This document shows, piece by piece, positions 20,057-29,108 of a stretch of 63,263 nucleotides of DNA. Within the stretch, counting starts at the first letter, position 1. Each line of letters starts with the position of its first letter. Below the pieces are notes generated by a model, which did no database searches, was not told the DNA's origin, and saw only the letters and a program-made list of their open reading frames with translations. Origin of the DNA: an uncultured Clostridia bacterium (GTDB lineage: Bacteria > Bacillota > Clostridia > Christensenellales > UBA1750); the NCBI GenBank assembly GCA_944383925.1, contig CALWRM010000157.1:1-63263 (forward strand), given 5' to 3'. The translations under genes were made by a program, and so were the position numbers.

Positions 20057-20659
20057 TCATCCAACGCTGGTAACGGGCACGAAGACCATATGCCTGGCAA
20101 GGACCGCGTTGACGTCGTTGACATTGGGCACGTAGATGGCGTCCACCGTCACGGGGGTAAAGCTCAAGGCCTGTTCGCACACCACCTCGGCGCCCGCCTG
20201 GGTCTGGGCCTGTAGGGTTAGCTGCTGCACGTAGCTTTCCACGGTGGCCTTGTCGGCCTCGGAGACGATGCCGATTTCCCGATTGCCCAGGACGACCATG
20301 TATCCCTGGACGGGGGCATAGCCGCTATCGCCCTGGGTCTGGCTCATGCCGGGCGCCAGATAATCCACCCACACAAAATAGCCGGCCACGCTTGCCGCGG
20401 AAACCACCAGCACGATCAAAACCGCCACAAGCCATAACCGGGAACGTCCGGGTCGCGCGCCATCGTCGTCATAGTCGGAGCGTCTGGCCCTGTCTGGATA
20501 TTTGCGATCCATCCTGGAAATGTGGGAGGTATAGTCCCATTTCTCTTCATCGGGGTCGTCCAGCGCGCTCCAATAGCGGATCTGGTGCAGTTCGTTGGTA
20601 ACGGGTCTAAGCTGTAAATCGACCAGATGGTCGAGCAATTTATCTTTATTGGCTTTCAT
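20057..20659 (-). CDS. Hypothetical single-pass membrane protein
   Basis: GGAGG lies 5 nt upstream of ATG 20659. An acidic/basic cytoplasmic N-terminus is followed by a TM segment (LWLVAVLIVLVVSAASVAGYFVW) and an extracytoplasmic domain of about 100 aa. I recognise no family. Confidence 0.6.
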   Translation of the reverse strand: MKANKDKLLDHLVDLQLRPVTNELHQIRYWSALDDPDEEKWDYTSHISRMDRKYPDRARRSDYDDDGARPGRSRLWLVAVLIVLVVSAASVAGYFVWVDYLAPGMSQTQGDSGYAPVQGYMVVLGNREIGIVSEADKATVESYVQQLTLQAQTQAGAEVVCEQALSFTPVTVDAIYVPNVNDVNAVLARHMVFVPVTSVG

Positions 20660-20699
20660 TTCGGCCTCCGCAAGCATATGCATCCAATCCTATAGATAA

Positions 20700-20728
20700 A
20701 TGATACCATTTCATCCCCGGATTGACAA
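20700..20728 (-). promoter_or_regulatory. Candidate sigma-A promoter for 20057-20659
   Basis: On the minus strand: TTGTCA (20728-20723), a 17-nt spacer, then TATCAT (20705-20700). Confidence 0.4.
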
Positions 20729-20829
20729 CCATCAAATGCGACAAATGTTCAAAAAGATCGGGGGCCGGGCGCCCTGGAATAGAACGCCACACCCCCCGAA
20801 AATGTTTGCAAACGCCGAAAACCTTGAAG

Positions 20830-21768
20830 CTACACAACCTTGATCTCGATCCAACCGGAGGCGGTTTGCCCGGGCTCGACGGTGTTCATGAAGGCGGTGT
20901 CGATGCCCTTGGCATACAGGTTGAGGAAGTCTGTGGCGTTGGTCTGGTTCTCCAGGCAGAAGCCGGGACGATTCTGAGGCGTGTAGACCACCATGTTCAC
21001 AAACTCCTTGCTGGCGGAAAGCTCCAGCCCAAAGCCGAGCTCGTCGTAGGCGATGCAGGCCTTCTTGCCGGACATGCCGCTATAGACGTGGTCCAGGTTC
21101 AGGTCGGCCACGGCCTTGAACTCGGAGATGTCCGTCTCGTTCTGGGCGGGCAGCAGCTTGCCCGTGGGCATGCACATCTCCGCCTCGTAGTAGCTGGGTG
21201 CGGGCACCTGGATGCGGATCTTGTCCGGCTGGCCCATCTTGTCAAAATAGGGGTGGATGGCAAAGCCATAGGGCAGGGTTTCGCCGCCCTCGTTTTGCAC
21301 GGTGTACGTGAGCTTGAGACCGCCGGCGGTGAGGGTGTAGACGAGGGTGAGGGTGCAGGGGAAGGGATAGCTGTCGAAATACTCCTTATCGCTGGAAATG
21401 CTGGCCCAGCCCTTGCACCAGGCGGAGGTTTCGTCCGCGCCGAAGCTGTAGTTGAACGGCTCGTCCATAAACAGGCCGTGCAGGAAACGGGGCTGGCCGT
21501 TCTTCTTGATCTGGCAGCTGTGGCCGCCGAAGGTGTATTGGCAGTCCCTGGTGCGGTTGGGCATGGGGAAGAGGATGGGCACGCCCGCGGCGGACATGGG
21601 ATTGGCGATGTTCACCGTCGGCATGAGGAGCTGGCGGTTTTTGTAAATGGCGGAATAGAGGTTGAAGCCTGCGGCGGGCAGGATGGCCAGCTGGCAGTCG
21701 GCGTTGGCGAGGCAAACCTGCTTAAGCCCGCCGTCCAAGGTCTGTTCATAGGCGCGATAGGCGTTCAT
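20830..21768 (-). CDS. Aldose 1-epimerase family protein (mutarotase-like)
   Basis: 312 aa. PILFPMPNR, FLHGL and FAIHPYF patterns typical of the aldose epimerase superfamily. AGGAGG SD lies upstream of ATG 21768. Confidence 0.8.
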   Translation of the reverse strand: MNAYRAYEQTLDGGLKQVCLANADCQLAILPAAGFNLYSAIYKNRQLLMPTVNIANPMSAAGVPILFPMPNRTRDCQYTFGGHSCQIKKNGQPRFLHGLFMDEPFNYSFGADETSAWCKGWASISSDKEYFDSYPFPCTLTLVYTLTAGGLKLTYTVQNEGGETLPYGFAIHPYFDKMGQPDKIRIQVPAPSYYEAEMCMPTGKLLPAQNETDISEFKAVADLNLDHVYSGMSGKKACIAYDELGFGLELSASKEFVNMVVYTPQNRPGFCLENQTNATDFLNLYAKGIDTAFMNTVEPGQTASGWIEIKVV

Positions 21769-21834
21769 GCTAAAACCTCCTAAAAACTTAATGTGCGTTT
21801 TCTCCATAATACCACGGGGAAAGCGGCGGCGCAA

Positions 21835-21863
21835 TTGACAAAAAACACGATAGGGCCTAAAAT
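21835..21863 (+). promoter_or_regulatory. Candidate sigma-A promoter of leuS
   Basis: TTGACA (21835-21840), a 17-nt spacer, then TAAAAT (21858-21863), about 40 nt upstream of the leuS ATG. Confidence 0.5.
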
Positions 21864-21902
21864 ATATTGTCAAGCGAAGCCAACGGGAAAGGAAGATGGC
21901 AG

Positions 21903-24317
21903 ATGGCCAACAAGAACTACGACTTTAGCGCGATTGAGAAAAAGTGGCAGGATGTCTGGGATAAGACGGGATGCTTCTGCGCCTCGGACGACCACTCCAA
22001 GCCCAAATACTATACATTGATCGAGTTTCCCTATCCCTCCGGAGCCGGGCTGCATGTGGGCCACCCCAGGTCCAACACCGCCATGGACATCATCGGCCGG
22101 AAGAAGCGGTTGGAGGGGTACAACGTCTTGTTCCCCATCGGCTGGGACGCCTTCGGCCTGCCCACGGAGAACTTTGCCATCAAAAACCATATCCATCCGG
22201 CAATCGTGACCAAGCAAAACATCGACCATTTCCGCGACCAGCTCAAAATGCTGGGCTTTGCCTTCGATTATACCCGCGAGGTGGACACCACCGACCCCAG
22301 CTACTACCGTTGGACCCAATGGATCTTCCTCAAGCTGTTGGAAAACGGCCTGGCCTATAAGGCGGAGATCCCCATCAACTGGTGCACGGGCTGCAAGGTC
22401 GGCCTGGCCAACGAGGAGGTCGTGGAAGGCGTTTGCGAGCGTTGCGGCTCGCCCGTGGTCCGCAAGGTCAAGTCCCAGTGGATGCTGCGCATCACCAAGT
22501 ACGCGCAAAAGCTGCTGGATGGCTTGGACGAGGTGGACTTCATCGAGAAGGTCAAGGTGCAGCAGCGCAATTGGATAGGCCGCAGCGAGGGCGCGGAGCT
22601 GGACTTCCAGCTTTGCGGCTGCGAGGGCAGCCTGCGGGTATTCACCACCAGGCCCGACACGCTCTTTGGCGCCACCTACATGGTGGTTTCTCCGGAACAT
22701 CCCCTGCTCAAAGAGCAGGCGGACAAGATCACCAACCTGGAACAGGTGCGCGCCTACCAAGCAGAAGCCGCCAAAAAGAGCGACTTTGAGCGCACGGAGC
22801 TGAACAAGGACAAGACCGGCGTGCCCATCGAGGGAATCAGCGCCATCAATCCCGTCAATGGGAAGAATATTCCGATTTGGGTCAGCGATTATGTGCTCGT
22901 TTCCTATGGCACCGGCGCCATCATGGCCGTGCCCGCCCATGACGAGCGCGACTATGCCTTTGCCAAGAAGTTCGATCTGCCCATCGTTGAGGTGGTCGCG
23001 GGCGGCGACATCGACAAGGAGGCCTACACCGATATTGCCGACGGCATACTGGTCAATTCTGGCTTCCTCAACGGCATGAAGGTGGCCCAGGCCAAAAAGG
23101 CCATGATCGACTACCTGGAAAAGGAAGGCATCGGCGAAAAGAAGATCAACTTTAAGCTGCGCGACTGGGTGTTCTCCAGGCAGCGCTACTGGGGCGAGCC
23201 CATCCCCGTCATCTGGTGCGAGCACTGCGGTTGCGTGCCGCTGAAGGAAAAGGATCTTCCCCTAGAACTACCCAAGACTGACCACTATATGCCCACCGAC
23301 ACCGGCGAGAGCCCCTTGGCCTTGATGGAGGACTGGGTCAACGTGCCCTGCCCCAAGTGCGGGGCGCCTGCCAAGCGGGAAACGGACACCATGCCCCAGT
23401 GGGCCGGTTCCTCCTGGTATTTCCTGCGCTACACCGATCCCCACAACGACAAGGCCTTGGCTTCCCAGGAGGCCCTTCGCTACTGGATGCCCGTGGATTG
23501 GTACAACGGCGGCATGGAGCACACCACGCTGCACCTGCTGTATTCCCGCTTCTGGCATAAGTTCCTCTACGATATCGGCGTGGTTCCCTGCCCGGAACCC
23601 TATATGAAGCGCACGAGCCATGGCATGATCCTGGGCGCCAACGGGGAGAAGATGTCCAAGTCCAGGGGCAATGTCATCAATCCGGACGATGTGGTCAAGG
23701 AAATCGGCGCGGACGCCTTCCGCCTGTACGAGATGTTTATGGGCGCCTTCGACCAGGCCATTCCTTGGTCCACCCAGGGCGCCAGGGGCTGCAAGCGCTT
23801 CCTGGACCGCGTGTGGAAGCTACAGGACATGATCCAGGGCACGGAATACAGCAAGGAGCTACTGGCCGATACCCACCAGACCATCAAGAAGGTGAGCGAG
23901 GACTTCGAAAGGATGAAGTTCAACACCGCCATCGCCCAGATGATGAGCTATGTCAATGCGGTCTACGACCAGGGCTCCATCACCCGCGAGGAGCTCAAGA
24001 CCTTGTTGGTGCTGCTCTATCCTGTGGCCCCGCACATCACCGAGGAAATGTGGCAGGAGATCGGTGAAAAGGGATATATCCACGAACAAAGCTGGCCGGT
24101 TTGCGACGAGAGCGCGCTGGTGCGCGACGAGGTCGAGATCGCCGTGCAGATCAATGGCAAGCTGCGCCTGCGTCTGGTTGTGCCGAGCAACCTGGGCAAG
24201 GACCAGGCGGAGGAATACTTCCTGCCTAAGGAAGAGATCAAGAACCTCATCGGCGGAAAGACCGTCCGCAAGTTCGTGTTTATCCCTGGCCGCCTGCTCA
24301 ACATTGTCGTGGGGTAA
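21903..24317 (+). CDS. leuS: Leucine--tRNA ligase
   Basis: 804 aa. HVGH signature (GLHVGHPRS), KMSKS, and a CP1 editing domain. N-terminus MANKNYDFSAIEKKWQ. Confidence 0.95.
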   Translation: MANKNYDFSAIEKKWQDVWDKTGCFCASDDHSKPKYYTLIEFPYPSGAGLHVGHPRSNTAMDIIGRKKRLEGYNVLFPIGWDAFGLPTENFAIKNHIHPAIVTKQNIDHFRDQLKMLGFAFDYTREVDTTDPSYYRWTQWIFLKLLENGLAYKAEIPINWCTGCKVGLANEEVVEGVCERCGSPVVRKVKSQWMLRITKYAQKLLDGLDEVDFIEKVKVQQRNWIGRSEGAELDFQLCGCEGSLRVFTTRPDTLFGATYMVVSPEHPLLKEQADKITNLEQVRAYQAEAAKKSDFERTELNKDKTGVPIEGISAINPVNGKNIPIWVSDYVLVSYGTGAIMAVPAHDERDYAFAKKFDLPIVEVVAGGDIDKEAYTDIADGILVNSGFLNGMKVAQAKKAMIDYLEKEGIGEKKINFKLRDWVFSRQRYWGEPIPVIWCEHCGCVPLKEKDLPLELPKTDHYMPTDTGESPLALMEDWVNVPCPKCGAPAKRETDTMPQWAGSSWYFLRYTDPHNDKALASQEALRYWMPVDWYNGGMEHTTLHLLYSRFWHKFLYDIGVVPCPEPYMKRTSHGMILGANGEKMSKSRGNVINPDDVVKEIGADAFRLYEMFMGAFDQAIPWSTQGARGCKRFLDRVWKLQDMIQGTEYSKELLADTHQTIKKVSEDFERMKFNTAIAQMMSYVNAVYDQGSITREELKTLLVLLYPVAPHITEEMWQEIGEKGYIHEQSWPVCDESALVRDEVEIAVQINGKLRLRLVVPSNLGKDQAEEYFLPKEEIKNLIGGKTVRKFVFIPGRLLNIVVG

Positions 24318-24323
24318 ACAGCT

Positions 24324-25109
24324 ATGTTTTGCGATTATCACATCCATTCCACCTGTAGCGGCGACGGCCTAAGCGCCATGCAGGAGCAGATTCAGGCCAG
24401 TTTGGACAAGGGCGTGGGCAAGCTCTGCTTCACCGAGCATGTGGACATCGGCATAGTAGGGGATAAGTTCGACACCGATCTGGATCTGTATGCACGGACC
24501 TTCGAGGAAGCCAAGCGCGCCTTTCCAAAGCTTCCGCTCTTTATGGGCCTTGAGCTTGGCTATGTCCGCAAGGATGTGCCCGGGTTGCAGGCCCGCTGCG
24601 CCCGGTTGCCCTTGGACTTTCACCTGCTCTCCATCCACCTGGTCAACGGCATCGATCCCTTCGACGTGGATATTTTTTTCAACAACAAGAGCAGGGAACA
24701 GGCGGCCGTGGAATACCTGCAAGCCGTGCTGGAATCCGTTCGGGAGTATCCGGATTACGACGCGGTGGCGCACATCGGCTATGTCTTTAAGTTTACTGGC
24801 GACCGCTTTCCGCCCTTGCGCTATGAGGACGCGCCGGAATTGATGGACGAGATCCTGAAGACCATCATCCAAAGGGGGAAGGCTTTGGAGCTGAACACCT
24901 CCCGCTGGAACGGCCAGGGCATGCCCGGCCAGGATGTCTTCCGCCGCTACAAGGAATTGGGCGGCGAGTTGGTGACCCTGGGCTCGGATTCCCACCGCAT
25001 CAATACCGTTGCCAACGGCTTTGCGCAGGCGACGGAACTGCTCAAAAGCCTGGGCTTTGGGTACCTGGCCACCTACGAAAAGCGCCGGTTGGTGATGGAA
25101 AAGCTCTAA
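24324..25109 (+). CDS. PHP-domain phosphatase (HisJ-family histidinol-phosphatase-like)
   Basis: N-terminal CDYHIHS motif, FTEHVD, and conserved His/Asp positions downstream. Confidence 0.8.
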   Translation: MFCDYHIHSTCSGDGLSAMQEQIQASLDKGVGKLCFTEHVDIGIVGDKFDTDLDLYARTFEEAKRAFPKLPLFMGLELGYVRKDVPGLQARCARLPLDFHLLSIHLVNGIDPFDVDIFFNNKSREQAAVEYLQAVLESVREYPDYDAVAHIGYVFKFTGDRFPPLRYEDAPELMDEILKTIIQRGKALELNTSRWNGQGMPGQDVFRRYKELGGELVTLGSDSHRINTVANGFAQATELLKSLGFGYLATYEKRRLVMEKL

Positions 25110-25135
25110 CTTTACTTGGAAAGGGGCGTGACGCA

Positions 25136-25390
25136 GTGAAACGCGGCGTTGTCTTGAGCATTTTGCTCCTGGCGTGCCTGCTCGCGCCGCTGCTTGCCCA
25201 TGCCGCGCAAGCCGGCTTGCCCGCCGACAGCGCGATGGACATCGCTAGCCAAGACAGCGTATGGAAATGGTGGACGATAGCCCTTTGCGCTTGCGGCGTT
25301 GTGGCCCTGATGGTTGCCTGGGTCCGCGAAAAAAAGCGCCAGCCGGACAGCCGCCACCACCCAAGGCGCCGCCTTCGCCGCCTCCGCTGA
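25136..25390 (+). CDS. Small hypothetical membrane protein (signal peptide, TM segment, polybasic tail)
   Basis: 84 codons from a GTG start with AAAGGGG upstream. Hydrophobic N-terminus ending AHA|AQ, a second TM segment (WWTIALCACGVVALMVAWV), and the tail REKKRQPDSRHHPRRRLRRLR. Coding status is not certain. Confidence 0.45.
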   Translation: MKRGVVLSILLLACLLAPLLAHAAQAGLPADSAMDIASQDSVWKWWTIALCACGVVALMVAWVREKKRQPDSRHHPRRRLRRLR

Positions 25391-25396
25391 ACAAAA

Positions 25397-25429
25397 CTGC
25401 CCCCTGCGTTCGTTAAGCGCAGGGGGCAG
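25397..25429. terminator. Bidirectional hairpin between convergent genes
   Basis: Perfect 12-bp stem CTGCCCCCTGCG / CGCAGGGGGCAG with a 9-nt loop. It is flanked by AAAA on the left and TTGTT on the right. Confidence 0.7.
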
Positions 25430-25441
25430 TTGTTCGATATG

Positions 25442-27181
25442 CTAGCCATCCGCAGGCTTTGTGGCTAGATATGGCATGGTGACGGTAATGGTGGATCCCT
25501 TCATAGGTTGACTTTCTATCTTTAGTCCGTAGGATGCACCGAGCAGCAAACGGATCTTCTTATTGATGTTGTGAATGCCGATGCCATCGTGTTCGGATAG
25601 CTCCGTCGTATCGATGGAACGAGCCAATTCCTCGTTGAGTCTGGACACCATTTTCGGTTCCATCCCAACTCCATTGTCATGAATACGAACACAATAGACG
25701 CCGTTGCTGACAAAGCATGCGCTGATTGAGATCTCGCCGCTGCCCTGCAGTGATTCTAAACCATGAAAAACCGCATTTTCCACAAGGGGTTGCAGCGTCA
25801 TTTTCACCATCCAGCATTCGAGTAGGGAAGAGGGCACATCCACATGAAAATGGAATTTGTTATCCATGCGCAGGTTCATGGTGTCTAAATACTTTTGTGC
25901 GATGGAGAGTTCGTCTCGAAATTGAACGAAGTTTGCCCCCTTAATGGAATAACGAAACATGGCCGCCATATTGGAAGCTATGCTGGCGATGACGGGAAGG
26001 TTGTGCTCCAACGCCAAGCCGCGCATACAGGCAAGGTTGTTGTAAAGGAAATGAGGATTGATCTGGCTTTGTAGAGCGGATAGCTGCATGCGGTTTTTCG
26101 ACAATTCCACCTCGAGCAGGTGCCGCTGGCTGCGGATGCGCTCTTCGTTAGCATGATGGATATGCTCCAGCATGGTATTGATGTTGTCCGCGATCCGAGA
26201 AAGCTCGTTGCTCGTAGATACTTGAACGCGTTTTTCAGGATTTGCCAGAGGCTGCCGGGCGATTTCTATAAGCTGCTCGCTAAGTTGTAAAATAGGGGAG
26301 CTGATGTTTCGCTGGATCAAAACCATAAGCAAGATCATGACGAGCGCCGCCGCAAACAGCAAGGGGAAAAACAGGCTTTGCATGGTTCCCTGAAAAAGGC
26401 GGAGCCCCTCTGTATAGACGCTTTGCTGATAGGTCCAGCCGGTTGATGCAAAAACGTGACTATTCCAGGAGGAGGGAATGGAGTTTTGAACATCTGCCTC
26501 GCCTGTCACAAAAAGCCGCGTTCCATCCTTGCCAAGCAGTTCAAGAACACCGCCTTCCATGGTGGCGGCGGTCATGGATTCTATGATGTTGCTAAAACGG
26601 CAGAGCATCACGCAAGCGCCTATATACTGGCCAGAGCGCTCGCCCTGAAGGGAGGAATACACCGGCAGGACATAGGCAAAGGTGGCAAACTCAGAACTGC
26701 CATCTTCCTTTGGAAAATCGACGAAAACGCCGCTCTTTTTTTGTGCATCCACACATGCCTGGGCGTACTCTATGGCTGTGGAATTGGAACGGTGGTTCAG
26801 CTGGACGCCAAACAAATAATCCTTGCCCTGCACGCTCAGAAGGGCGACGTCTATGATATTGCTGTTGGTGGACACGATAAAGCGAACGGTATCCGCAGCA
26901 GAAGCGTATTCCTGGATTTGGGTGTCGCGGTCGCCTTCGCCAAGCAATAGGCGCTGTGCAGGCTCCGTATAGGCAAAGCTCTTGGCCGTGATTGCGACGG
27001 ACTCGATGACGGAATCCACACTGTGAACGACCTGATGAAAAGCGCTATCGGTATACAGTGCGGATCTGGCTGCAGAATAGCGCTGTACCTCCCCAAGACC
27101 CCAGACACTGATGCAGACGAAGAGAAGGATGGAAACCAGCTGCACCGCATATAGCTGTCCGCGTATGCCTTTTAGCCACAT
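25442..27181 (-). CDS. Sensor histidine kinase, YesM-like (two TM segments, HAMP, His_kinase, HATPase_c)
   Basis: 579 aa. The INPHFLYNNL H-box is typical of the LytS/YesM class. Also NAVFHG and GIGIHNI boxes. Composition is visibly lower in GC. Confidence 0.85.
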   Translation of the reverse strand: MWLKGIRGQLYAVQLVSILLFVCISVWGLGEVQRYSAARSALYTDSAFHQVVHSVDSVIESVAITAKSFAYTEPAQRLLLGEGDRDTQIQEYASAADTVRFIVSTNSNIIDVALLSVQGKDYLFGVQLNHRSNSTAIEYAQACVDAQKKSGVFVDFPKEDGSSEFATFAYVLPVYSSLQGERSGQYIGACVMLCRFSNIIESMTAATMEGGVLELLGKDGTRLFVTGEADVQNSIPSSWNSHVFASTGWTYQQSVYTEGLRLFQGTMQSLFFPLLFAAALVMILLMVLIQRNISSPILQLSEQLIEIARQPLANPEKRVQVSTSNELSRIADNINTMLEHIHHANEERIRSQRHLLEVELSKNRMQLSALQSQINPHFLYNNLACMRGLALEHNLPVIASIASNMAAMFRYSIKGANFVQFRDELSIAQKYLDTMNLRMDNKFHFHVDVPSSLLECWMVKMTLQPLVENAVFHGLESLQGSGEISISACFVSNGVYCVRIHDNGVGMEPKMVSRLNEELARSIDTTELSEHDGIGIHNINKKIRLLLGASYGLKIESQPMKGSTITVTMPYLATKPADG

Positions 27182-27963
27182 GGTTCTTCTCCTTTTTGAG
27201 GGGTTTGTTGAGCAGACTGCGCTCTGTTTCGGTACTCGCGTGGGGATAGACGGTATTTTGCCGTAAAAAGCCTGGTAAAGTAATGCAGGTTGTCATAGCC
27301 GATGAGTTGCGCGATTTCCGTGATGGGCATTCTCGTATGCTCCAACAGTTCACGAGCGCGTTGCAGGCGTATATCGCGAACATATTGCGAAAACGGCTTG
27401 CCCGTTGCGCTCTTGAACAGTTGGCCGCAATAGCTGGGGTTGATAAAGAATCGTTTAGCCAACTTGTCAAGAACCAACCGCTCGTATATGTGTTCCTGCA
27501 CATATTTGAGAAGCAGCGAAAAGTTGCGATTGCCGCTAAGATTGTAGTCTGGTTCGTCTGCTGTCAGGCTCGCCTTAGGTGCGCCACGTTGCTGCAGATG
27601 AAGCTGAAGCTTTTGCAGCAGCGCCTCGGCGGCCTCCTCTTCGACTGGCTTTAAGCAGTATTCAAAGACTTTAAGCCTCAGGGCGCTTTGCGCATAGCCA
27701 AATTCCGCATAACCGCTCAGTATTATGCTCACCAGATCCGGGAGTTGCTCGGATACAATGCGAATAAAGTCAAGACCGGAAAGAACCGGCATCCGTATGT
27801 CGACAAAGAGAACATCGGGTTGTAAGGAAACGATGTCTGCCAGGGCAGCGGTGGCGCTCGTGTATTGGCCAACTATTTCAAAGCCGTATTTTTGAAAGGG
27901 GAAGACGTGACGAACATCAGCCAAAGCCCATTTTTCATCGTCCAGTAGCACTACTCTATACAT
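27172..27963 (-). CDS. Response regulator with AraC-type HTH output (YesN-like)
   Basis: Receiver domain (VVLLDDEKW...DVLFVDIRMP) plus an AraC C-terminus (IAQLIGYDNLHYFTRLFTAKY). GGAGG SD lies upstream of ATG 27963. It overlaps the kinase start. Confidence 0.85.
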   Translation of the reverse strand: MYRVVLLDDEKWALADVRHVFPFQKYGFEIVGQYTSATAALADIVSLQPDVLFVDIRMPVLSGLDFIRIVSEQLPDLVSIILSGYAEFGYAQSALRLKVFEYCLKPVEEEAAEALLQKLQLHLQQRGAPKASLTADEPDYNLSGNRNFSLLLKYVQEHIYERLVLDKLAKRFFINPSYCGQLFKSATGKPFSQYVRDIRLQRARELLEHTRMPITEIAQLIGYDNLHYFTRLFTAKYRLSPREYRNRAQSAQQTPQKGEEPCG

Positions 27964-27990
27964 ATCAACCTCCAGATGAGAAAACGCGTG

Positions 27991-28030
27991 AAATAACAAG
28001 AAAAGGCAGGGCGGTCGGTGGCGACCGCCC
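27991..28030 (-). terminator. Intrinsic terminator after the dehydrogenase gene
   Basis: On the minus strand: GGGCGGTCG ccac CGACCGCCC, followed by TGCCTTTTCTTGTTATTT. Confidence 0.65.
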
Positions 28031-28056
28031 CACAGAGGAGGATGGAGAAAACCCCT

Positions 28057-29082
28057 TTACATATCGATAACGACCTTTCCGGTCTTGCCGGTGTCGAACA
28101 AGCGCATGGCTTCCTCAATTTGTTCGAAGGGGAAGCGATGGGTGATCATGCGCTCCAGGTCAATGTTCTTTGCACGGAGGAAATCAACGATCTCGTAATG
28201 GTACTGACGCGGCATGATCGAGGAACCCATGAGGGTGAGTTCTTTGCCGATCATGGCATACAGGGAAGGGGCATTGTCCGTCTTGAGCGACATGGGACCA
28301 TTGAAGCCCACCATGCAAATCTTTCCCTGGACGGCGCAGGCGTCGATGGCATCCTTTTGCGCCTGCATGCTGCCCGAAGATTCGTATACCCTATCCGGTC
28401 CATTCCCATTGGTCAGGGCTTTGAGCGTGGGTACCGTCGGCTGTTCCCGGAAGTTGATGGTTTCGTCCGCTCCCAGCTCCTCGGCAAGCGTAAGTCTCTC
28501 TGGAATGCAGTCGATGCCAATCACCCGCGCGCCCATGGCATGTGCGTATTGTACGCCAGCCAAGCCGACGGGCCCTAGGCCAAAGACTGCCACGGTGTTA
28601 AGGCCATTGGGCGCTAGCTTTTTCATGGCGGAAAAGGAGGTGCCGGCAAAGCAGCCGATGAAGGCGCCAACAGCGTAGGAGATATCATCGGGCAAAGGCA
28701 GGCAATTGTCCTCCTTCACCAACACCTTGTCCGCGTCGGTCCCATGTTCGATGCCCGCAAGCGCCCTGCGGTCCTGGGTACAAAACTGTGCGTAACCCGC
28801 CATGCAGAATTTGCACTTTCCACAGGAAACCACATGGTAGAGCGCCACACGATCTCCAACCTTAACCTTGGTAACGCCCGGGCCAACGGCGGATACGACG
28901 CCGGCGCCCTCATGTCCCATAATCAGGTTGTGGTTTAGGTTCGGGTTGTGCAGGTTGTGTAGGTCCGAACCGCACAAACTGGTGCAGCGGATGTCGACGA
29001 CAACCTGGCCAACGCCGGGAATAGGGTCGGGAAACTGCCTAACCTCCATTTGTCCAACACCTGTAAAGACCAATCCACGCAT
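28057..29082 (-). CDS. Zn-dependent medium-chain dehydrogenase (sorbitol/threonine dehydrogenase-like)
   Basis: GHEGAGVV catalytic-Zn motif, structural-Zn motif CGKCKFCMAGYAQFC, and Rossmann motif VFGLGPVGL. Confidence 0.9.
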   Translation of the reverse strand: MRGLVFTGVGQMEVRQFPDPIPGVGQVVVDIRCTSLCGSDLHNLHNPNLNHNLIMGHEGAGVVSAVGPGVTKVKVGDRVALYHVVSCGKCKFCMAGYAQFCTQDRRALAGIEHGTDADKVLVKEDNCLPLPDDISYAVGAFIGCFAGTSFSAMKKLAPNGLNTVAVFGLGPVGLAGVQYAHAMGARVIGIDCIPERLTLAEELGADETINFREQPTVPTLKALTNGNGPDRVYESSGSMQAQKDAIDACAVQGKICMVGFNGPMSLKTDNAPSLYAMIGKELTLMGSSIMPRQYHYEIVDFLRAKNIDLERMITHRFPFEQIEEAMRLFDTGKTGKVVIDM

Positions 29083-29108
29083 ATTCGTTCCCTCTTTTCT
29101 TGTTTGTA

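Noticed and set aside
20722-21783. 353-aa plus-strand ORF opposite the aldose epimerase gene
   Set aside because: It is Gly/Ala/Val/Glu-rich antisense translation with no recognisable motifs. The opposite strand gives a clean mutarotase-like protein with an AGGAGG SD.
21769-21902. Possible T-box leader upstream of leuS
   Set aside because: The gap is only 134 nt in total, and a consensus promoter sits about 40 nt from the ATG. There is no room for specifier, antiterminator or terminator helices, and no T-box-like AGGGUGGNACC sequence is seen.
21870-23225. Long antisense ORFs opposite leuS (21870-23225), mutS (37790-39142), rarA (48506-49972) and tldD (50000-51394)
   Set aside because: The reasoning is the same for all: each is antisense to an essential, motif-rich gene and has no SD or family resemblance.
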